DNA from: Candidatus Yanofskybacteria bacterium RIFCSPHIGHO2_01_FULL_44_24 | Lineage (GTDB): Bacteria > Patescibacteriota > Minisyncoccia > 2-02-FULL-40-12 > GWA2-44-9 | Assembly: GCA_001794215.1 (NCBI GenBank) | Contig: MGJK01000012.1 | Span: 4,834 to 68,833, forward strand | DNA length: 64,000 nt | Reading direction: 5' to 3' | Part shown: one piece after another, positions 58,213 to 64,000 of the stretch | How positions within the stretch are numbered: the first letter of the stretch is position 1 | Layout of the letters: each line of letters opens with the position of its first letter | The notes under the pieces: generated by a model | The model's database searches: none | Told to the model about the DNA's origin: nothing | The model's input: only the letters and a program-made list of their open reading frames with translations | Made by a program: the position numbers and the translations under genes

Positions 58213-58231
58213 AATCGAAATCGCAATATCC

Positions 58232-59365
58232 ATGAAAATAAACAGTCATAATGAATGGGATAAGCTGAAAGAAATAATAGTCGGGCGGGCAGAAGGCCAT
58301 GCCCCGCTTGTTTTTCCGCACGGCTTAGTTTCTCCCGAGTTATTGGAAAAATCTGTCAAATTGGCTCGCCAAGCTTATCCCCAGTGGCTAGTTGATGAAA
58401 TTAGCGAGGACTTGGAGGGGCTTTGTGATGTTTTGAAATCTTTCGGCGCCAAGGTTTATAGGCCCGACCTTTCTCATAATAATAAATTGTTTACAACTCC
58501 ATACTTTTCTGCGGTAGGCGACCATGTTTATAATATGAGAGATCTTCACTTGGTAGTCGGCGATAATGTCATTGAGTCGCCTTCGCAGGAGCAACACAGG
58601 TATTTTGAGGCCATGGGCCTGTATCCTATTTGGTATGAGTACTTCAAAGCAGGGGGATTTAAATGGATCGCCGGTCCTAAGCCGCGCATTCCCGGAAATC
58701 ATATGGAAGTCTATACCGTTCAAGGTAAATCTCAGTACGATGATGGCCAGAAATATACTCGGCTTACCGAAGAGGAGATCTTATTCGAGGCCGCTAATAC
58801 TTTGAGAATGGGCCGGGATCTTTTATACCTTGTTTCAAGATCCGGCAATTACCTTGGCGCCAAATGGCTTCAGAGCGTTTTAGGGAGCGATTATCGGGTC
58901 CATACGACCAGTGAAATTTACCGTTCAAGCCATATAGATTCTACCGCCATGGCATTGCGTCCCGGTTTGGTTATGCTCAATGCCACTCGAGTTGATTCAG
59001 AAACGTGTCCTGCGGTTTTTAAAAAGTGGGATAAAATCTATTTTTCTGACATTGTTCCCACGCCGCAAAGAACACTCGATATTCATGAGAAAGTCAGGAA
59101 ACCGGTTCATATTGAATTAGAAAAATTGGGAGTAAAATCAGGCCTGGGATCTATCAGTTCTCCGTGGATAGGCATGAACTTTTTGTCCATAGACCCCAAT
59201 CACGTAGTAGTTGACAAGATTCAGGTGCCTTTGATGAAAATTCTTGAACAGCACGGTATCACGCCGGTACCCATATCTTTCAGACACTCTTACTTTATGG
59301 GCGGTATTCATTGCAGTACGCTCGATACGGTTAGAGAAAGCAAACTTGAAAGTTATGGCGATTAA
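58232..59365 (+). CDS. Amidinotransferase (glycine/inosamine-phosphate amidinotransferase family)
   Basis: NSHNEWDKLKEIIVG, MRD, LFEAANTLRMGRDL, SGNYLGAKWL, HIDST, WIGMNFLS, GGIHCSTLD. Confidence 0.9.
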   Translation: MKINSHNEWDKLKEIIVGRAEGHAPLVFPHGLVSPELLEKSVKLARQAYPQWLVDEISEDLEGLCDVLKSFGAKVYRPDLSHNNKLFTTPYFSAVGDHVYNMRDLHLVVGDNVIESPSQEQHRYFEAMGLYPIWYEYFKAGGFKWIAGPKPRIPGNHMEVYTVQGKSQYDDGQKYTRLTEEEILFEAANTLRMGRDLLYLVSRSGNYLGAKWLQSVLGSDYRVHTTSEIYRSSHIDSTAMALRPGLVMLNATRVDSETCPAVFKKWDKIYFSDIVPTPQRTLDIHEKVRKPVHIELEKLGVKSGLGSISSPWIGMNFLSIDPNHVVVDKIQVPLMKILEQHGITPVPISFRHSYFMGGIHCSTLDTVRESKLESYGD

Positions 59366-59380
59366 ATTCAATATAAAAAT

Positions 59381-60586
59381 ATGAGTACAAAATACAAAAA
59401 AATTAAACGAGTTGAGGCGGCTACCCAGAAAACATTTAGGGAAGAAATCCCCTCTATTTATTTTTCTGATAAATCCGAAAAAGAATTTCAAAGATATTCG
59501 AATAACGCGTTGTACACCTATCGAGATTTATTTAAATTTCCACCGAAAATGTTTTCCAATGCGGATCTTATTGATTTTGGCGGGGGTACGGGAGAAAATA
59601 CCGTCACATTAGCCAGATGGGGTGCGAATTGCACGCTTGTAGACATGAACGACAAATCGTTGGCCATAGCCAGACAGGTGTTTAAGCGTTATGCCAAAAC
59701 AGGCAAACATAAATTTCAGCTCTCATCAATATTTGATTATAAATCATCTGCTAAGTATGACATTGTCCATTGTAGGGGAGTTCTAAGCCATACTGCCGAT
59801 AAAGAAGGGGCGTTTAAAAAAATTGCAGGATTTCTTAAGCCCGGCGGATTTCTGATTTTCGGAGATCCCAATAAGGCCGGAGGGTTTCAAAATATGCTTC
59901 AGCGTTTCGCCGTCTATTATCATTCCAAATCAAAGGATGATATGGTTCGGGTAAGTGAAAAACTATTCAAAGAAGATATTGATCGAAGCCAGTCATTTAT
60001 CCCTCGGACTCGAAGGTCAATAATATTTGACCGGTGGGTCATTCAAAACCAAGACGATCCATCCGTCGACGAGGTTATGAGCTGGCTGGGGGCTAATGGT
60101 TTGACCTTGTATTCAGGTTATCCGCCGTTCTCCTTCCCTTTGATCGGAGATTCCGTTCATCACCAACCCAAATTCGACATTTCGCAGGTTCAGGGGTTAG
60201 CTACTATTGCCGAAACTACCTGGTTATTGCAAAGGTACGGCGATCAGGAGAATATCAAGGACTTAAAAGAAGGTTGCTCGGAATACGCCAAGAGGTTTTC
60301 TGATTTAACCAGCTATGTAGCAAATTTCAATTCTAAGTCTGCGCTTGATAAGGCTATGTTTAATAAGTTGATTGACGCCGTCGATGCTTCTTTTAGCAAC
60401 GTATCGGTTTTAAATCCGCTGAAGGTTCGATTGTCAGAATTTACTATTGAAGCAAAACGGTTTGTACATTTAGTCCAGGCGTCTAATCTGGATGAAATCA
60501 GGAAATATATACTCTCCTGCAAGCACCTGTTTAAGGGTGCCTGTGGCGTTCGGCACGTAGATTTCATTGCTTATAAGAACGAATAG
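59381..60586 (+). CDS. Class I SAM methyltransferase
   Basis: LIDFGGGTGE, YDIVHCRGVLSHT, LKPGG. Confidence 0.85.
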   Translation: MSTKYKKIKRVEAATQKTFREEIPSIYFSDKSEKEFQRYSNNALYTYRDLFKFPPKMFSNADLIDFGGGTGENTVTLARWGANCTLVDMNDKSLAIARQVFKRYAKTGKHKFQLSSIFDYKSSAKYDIVHCRGVLSHTADKEGAFKKIAGFLKPGGFLIFGDPNKAGGFQNMLQRFAVYYHSKSKDDMVRVSEKLFKEDIDRSQSFIPRTRRSIIFDRWVIQNQDDPSVDEVMSWLGANGLTLYSGYPPFSFPLIGDSVHHQPKFDISQVQGLATIAETTWLLQRYGDQENIKDLKEGCSEYAKRFSDLTSYVANFNSKSALDKAMFNKLIDAVDASFSNVSVLNPLKVRLSEFTIEAKRFVHLVQASNLDEIRKYILSCKHLFKGACGVRHVDFIAYKNE

Positions 60587-60591
60587 ATATC

Positions 60592-60783
60592 CACGGCCTA
60601 ACGGCCGTGATACCCCATGTCTTCGATTTATTCTCGGGATTTGCTTTGGAAAAGAAATTCGGGGTCTATATAATTGCTTCCTCCGCCAACTGGGCGGATC
60701 CGGGTCTGACTTCATCCTCGTGCTAACGCCCGAGGTTTTCGTCGGATCAATTATAAAAAGATGAACCTATGGCGCCCCATAGG
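60592..60783. other. Cluster of GC hairpins, possible IS200/IS605-type non-autonomous remnant
   Basis: CACGGCC-TAAC-GGCCGTG (60592-60609), CCTCGTGC-TAAC-GCCCGAGG (60716-60735), TCCGCC/GGCGGA, CCTATGG/CCATAGG. Confidence 0.35.
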
Positions 60784-60881
60784 GAGCGTACTTCATATTT
60801 TTTTACCATCTATGGCGTCCTATGTCAATATAGCCATAAGCTTAAATATATTGTACATTAGTTTAGTTAATTTAACTCACG

Positions 60882-61589
60882 ATGCCATATAGATCTCAAA
60901 AGATCTTAGTGATTATTCCGGCGCGGGGAGGATCAAAAAGGTTACCCGGTAAGAATATAAAGAAGATCGGCGGAAAGCCGATGATTGCCCATGCGATCGA
61001 AGCGGCCAGGAAATCAAAATATGTCGACAGGGTAGTCGTTTCGACTGATGATAAGGCAATAGCCAGTATTGCGAAAAAATATAAAGCCGAAGTGCCATTT
61101 GTGCGTCCGGCCGAACTTGCCTCTGATACGGCGCCAACCCTCCCTGTTTTACAGCACGTTGTTAAATATGTTGAGGAAAATGATAAATTCAAGCCGGATT
61201 TAGTTGTTCTGATTCAGCCGACAAATCCGCTTGTCAGATCTGAAGATGTGGACGGAACTATAGAAACTTTATTCAAAACCAACACTAATTCCTGCTTTTC
61301 TGTTACTGAAATAAGTCAGAGGCCGGAATGGATGTATAGGATGGATAATAATCCCGCAGAACTTTTTCTAAAAGAAGAATCTGGCCCGACGAAAAGATCA
61401 CAGGAACTTCCCCGACTGGCTATCATAAATGGCACGGTTTATGTAATGAAATACGAAACTCTTATGACAAAAAATAAAATACGGGATGGCAATACGAGTA
61501 TTTATGTGATGCCCCGGGAAAGATCGGTGGATATTGATGATAAGTTTGATTTCGAGTTGGCAAAGTTTTTGTTCCAGAGAAATAAATGA
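60882..61589 (+). CDS. neuA: Acylneuraminate (nonulosonate) cytidylyltransferase 2
   Basis: IPARGGSKRLPGKN, VSTDD, RPAELASD, QPTNP, NGTVY, SVDIDD. Confidence 0.92.
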   Translation: MPYRSQKILVIIPARGGSKRLPGKNIKKIGGKPMIAHAIEAARKSKYVDRVVVSTDDKAIASIAKKYKAEVPFVRPAELASDTAPTLPVLQHVVKYVEENDKFKPDLVVLIQPTNPLVRSEDVDGTIETLFKTNTNSCFSVTEISQRPEWMYRMDNNPAELFLKEESGPTKRSQELPRLAIINGTVYVMKYETLMTKNKIRDGNTSIYVMPRERSVDIDDKFDFELAKFLFQRNK

Positions 61590-62626
61590 AAAAAATTATA
61601 AAAATTGGAGATAAATTTATTGGAAAAGGTTATCCGGTTTTTGTGATGGCTGAGGCCGGAGTCAACCATAACGGCAAATTAGATCTGGCGCTTAAACTTG
61701 TCGATGCGGCGGCCGATGCCGGAGCCGATGCGATAAAATTCCAAACATTCAGGGCGGAAGAGGTTGTTATAGCCGAGGGTGAGATGGCCGAATATCAAAA
61801 GAAAAATACGGGCAAGAATCAAAGTCAGCTCGCAATGCTTAAGAAATTGGAATTTCAGGAAGAATGGTATCCCAAAGTTATAAAAAGGTGTAAAGAAAGA
61901 GGCATAATATTCCTATCAACTCCTCATGGCGGTTTTGCTTCCGTCGATCTTCTTAATAAGTTTAAAGTCCCAGCCCTTAAATTCGGTTCAGGAGATTTAA
62001 ATAATCTGCCGGTATTAGAATACGCAGCTCGTCTGAATAAGCCGATAATTTTGAGTACGGGGATGGGGAATATGGAAGAAATTAAAGAAGCCGTTAAAAC
62101 CATAAGCAAAAAGGGGAACGATAATCTGATAGTTTTACACTGTACTACGAATTACCCCTGCCCTTTGGAAGAGGTGAATCTAAATGCCATGAAAACCATA
62201 GAAAAAGAAGTTGGTGTTATGACCGGATATTCTGATCATACGGCCGGGTATGATACGGCGGTCATGGCTGTGGTTATGGGTGCACCGCTTATAGAGAAGC
62301 ATCTTACTCTTGATAAAAAAATGAATGGGCCGGACCATAAAGCATCGGCGGATCCGAAAGAATTCAAAGAGATGGTGATGAAAATAAGAAATGTCGGTAT
62401 TGTCATGGGTCAAGGTAAAAAAGAGCCAACTGTATCCGAACTCAAAATGTTGCCATTAGTCAGAAAGAGCGTGGTGACACTGTCTGATATTAAGAAAGGG
62501 GATCTGTTCACCGCTCTTAACATAGGGATCAAAAGACCTGGAACCGGTCTTGCACCTAAATATCATACAGAACTGATCGGCTCAAAATCTAAGAAAGATA
62601 TTAAAGCCGGCACCCTCCTTGACTAA
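61586..62626 (+). CDS. neuB: N-acetylneuraminate/legionaminate synthase 2
   Basis: AEAGVNHNG, GADAIKFQTF, HCTTNYP, GYSDHT, IEKHLTLD, KRPGTG. Confidence 0.92.
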   Translation: MKKIIKIGDKFIGKGYPVFVMAEAGVNHNGKLDLALKLVDAAADAGADAIKFQTFRAEEVVIAEGEMAEYQKKNTGKNQSQLAMLKKLEFQEEWYPKVIKRCKERGIIFLSTPHGGFASVDLLNKFKVPALKFGSGDLNNLPVLEYAARLNKPIILSTGMGNMEEIKEAVKTISKKGNDNLIVLHCTTNYPCPLEEVNLNAMKTIEKEVGVMTGYSDHTAGYDTAVMAVVMGAPLIEKHLTLDKKMNGPDHKASADPKEFKEMVMKIRNVGIVMGQGKKEPTVSELKMLPLVRKSVVTLSDIKKGDLFTALNIGIKRPGTGLAPKYHTELIGSKSKKDIKAGTLLD

Positions 62627-62680
62627 TCAGCATTTTTATATTACTCTAAGCGGCAGCAAATTGAAAACGGGAGAAATAAA

Positions 62681-63823
62681 ATGAAAAAAATAGCATATAT
62701 TTCAGGTACTCGAGCGGATTTCGGGTTGATGACACCCGTTCTATGGGCTATTGAAAAGAGCTCAAGATTGAATCTTCAAGTTTACGCTACGGGCATCCAT
62801 CTGATGAAAGATTTTGGTTTTACCTTTAATGAAGTCAGGAAAGAATTTCCTAGAGTGAAAAAAATAGAGGCAACCTTTAAATCGGACGACAGAATTGGAA
62901 CTGCCGGTTTCACCGGGGAGTTTATGGGCAGATTTGTGGAGACTCTGGCTGAAGACAAGCCTGATTTTCTCTTGGTTCTTGGCGATAGGATCGAGATGCT
63001 GTGCGCCGCTGTTGCCTGTCTTTACCTCAGGATCCCGGTCGGCCAACTTCACGGAGGAGATAGGAGCAGTACCGTTGATGAATTGGCTCGCCATGCAATC
63101 ACTAAGCTTTCGCATATTCACTTTCCGGCGACCGTAGATGCTGGTGAAAGAATAAAGAAGATGGGTGAGGATGATTGGCGGGTACATGTTGTCGGCGCCC
63201 CGGCTTTAGACATTATTTTGAACAAGCAGTTGCCTACGCGGGAGGAACTATTTAAAAAACTCGGGCTGGATCCGAAAAACAACGTCATTTTAGTCACCCA
63301 ACATCCGGTGAGCGAGGAAATAGAAGATGCCGGATTCCAAATGGAGGAGACTCTATCGGCGGTGAAGACATTCAATCTGCCCGTGGTTGTGACTTACCCT
63401 CATGCCGATGCCGGCGGAAGAAAGATTATCGAGGTTATAGATCGAGAAAAGGGCAATTCTCAATTCCGAATTTTTCCTAGCCTGACTTATAAAGATTTCT
63501 TAGCTCTTGAAAGAGAGTGTGCGGTTTGGGTCGGAAATTCCAGCGGGACGATGATCGAGTCATCTTCTTTTCAAACCCCCGTAGTTGAGGTGGGTGAGCG
63601 TCAGAAGGATAGGGAACATGGCGATAATTTGATAAAGGTCGGATATGACCGCAGAGCGATATCGGCTGCGATAGATAAGTCGCTGAACGACAGAGAATAC
63701 CTGCTCAAATTAACCAAGATAAAGAATCCTTGGGGCGACGGAAAGACCGGTCCGAGAGTCGTTCAAGTGCTCGAAGATTTAAAAATCGATTCCAGATTGT
63801 TGAATAAGCAGATCAGCTATTAG
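62681..63823 (+). CDS. neuC: Hydrolysing UDP-N-acetylglucosamine 2-epimerase (NeuC/LegG)
   Basis: GTRADFG, TGIHL, LGDRIE, HGGD, RHAITKLSHIHF, GNSSG, WGDG. Confidence 0.92.
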   Translation: MKKIAYISGTRADFGLMTPVLWAIEKSSRLNLQVYATGIHLMKDFGFTFNEVRKEFPRVKKIEATFKSDDRIGTAGFTGEFMGRFVETLAEDKPDFLLVLGDRIEMLCAAVACLYLRIPVGQLHGGDRSSTVDELARHAITKLSHIHFPATVDAGERIKKMGEDDWRVHVVGAPALDIILNKQLPTREELFKKLGLDPKNNVILVTQHPVSEEIEDAGFQMEETLSAVKTFNLPVVVTYPHADAGGRKIIEVIDREKGNSQFRIFPSLTYKDFLALERECAVWVGNSSGTMIESSSFQTPVVEVGERQKDREHGDNLIKVGYDRRAISAAIDKSLNDREYLLKLTKIKNPWGDGKTGPRVVQVLEDLKIDSRLLNKQISY

Positions 63824-63830
63824 CAAATTA

Positions 63831-63852
63831 AAAGGAGCCTATAGGCTCCTTT
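63831..63852. terminator. Bidirectional intrinsic terminator
   Basis: AAAGGAGCCT-AT-AGGCTCCTTT between convergent stops. Confidence 0.75.
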
Positions 63853-63856
63853 GTCG

Positions 63857-64000
63857 TTATTGGGCGACCGATACGATGAACTCGGCGGCTCTTTGGGCAT
63901 TCTTGCCGTCGAGCTTGAAGTTATTTTCCTGATTTTCTCTCAGGCCTAAGTTGTTCTGGAATGACTGCTCGAGAAATTTCCTGAGTTGGTTCCGATCGGT
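63857..64000 (-). CDS. Partial CDS (C-terminus), possibly GT-B fold
   Basis: Open frame TDRNQLRKFLEQSFQNNLGLRENQENNFKLDGKNAQRAAEFIVSVAQ-stop running off the window edge. Confidence 0.55.
   Translation of the reverse strand, partial: TDRNQLRKFLEQSFQNNLGLRENQENNFKLDGKNAQRAAEFIVSVAQ

Noticed and set aside
60567-60764. 65-aa ORF downstream of the methyltransferase
   Set aside because: It overlaps the hairpin cluster, has no recognisable motif and no clear translation start.
63-63375. Numerous 60-217 aa ORFs overlapping or antisense to the main genes (e.g. 45637-46290, 30609-31094, 53359-53811, 46939-47214)
   Set aside because: They are shadow frames of well-supported CDS, with no motifs or independent expression signals.

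Overview
Nearly the whole 64 kb window is one very large surface-glycan biosynthesis region of about 57 CDS in the standard bacterial code. It contains many GT4, GT2 and GT-B glycosyltransferases, two tandem ABC exporters, a GDP-colitose-type gmd/colD/gmm/fcl block, RmlD, a DegT aminotransferase and two NDP-sugar C-methyltransferases, one disrupted by a 1380-bp IS with a GGC duplication. It also has six class I SAM methyltransferase domains, a B12-radical SAM enzyme, two WavE-like paralogues each beside an unusual donor-synthesis module, and a doubled nonulosonic-acid pathway (2x neuA, 2x neuB, neuC) that encloses a deacetylase-amidinotransferase-methyltransferase trio. Short leaders and the surface-protein domain suggest a Patescibacteria/CPR (Parcubacteria-like) host; this is inference only. 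The most striking unexplained signal is a family of AT-rich palindromic elements built from 7-mer (or 9-mer) repeats that fill stop-to-start junctions. Two of them enclose a four-helix-bundle (23S-IVS/Avd-like) gene in their loop and about nine are gene-less. One subfamily shows compensatory base changes, one copy splits a glycosyltransferase at its EX7E motif, and fragments are read in frame inside several enzymes. A GIY-YIG mini-cassette with 15-bp inverted repeats and a duplicated start site is a second small mobile-looking unit. No rRNA, tRNA, CRISPR array or reverse transcriptase was seen.
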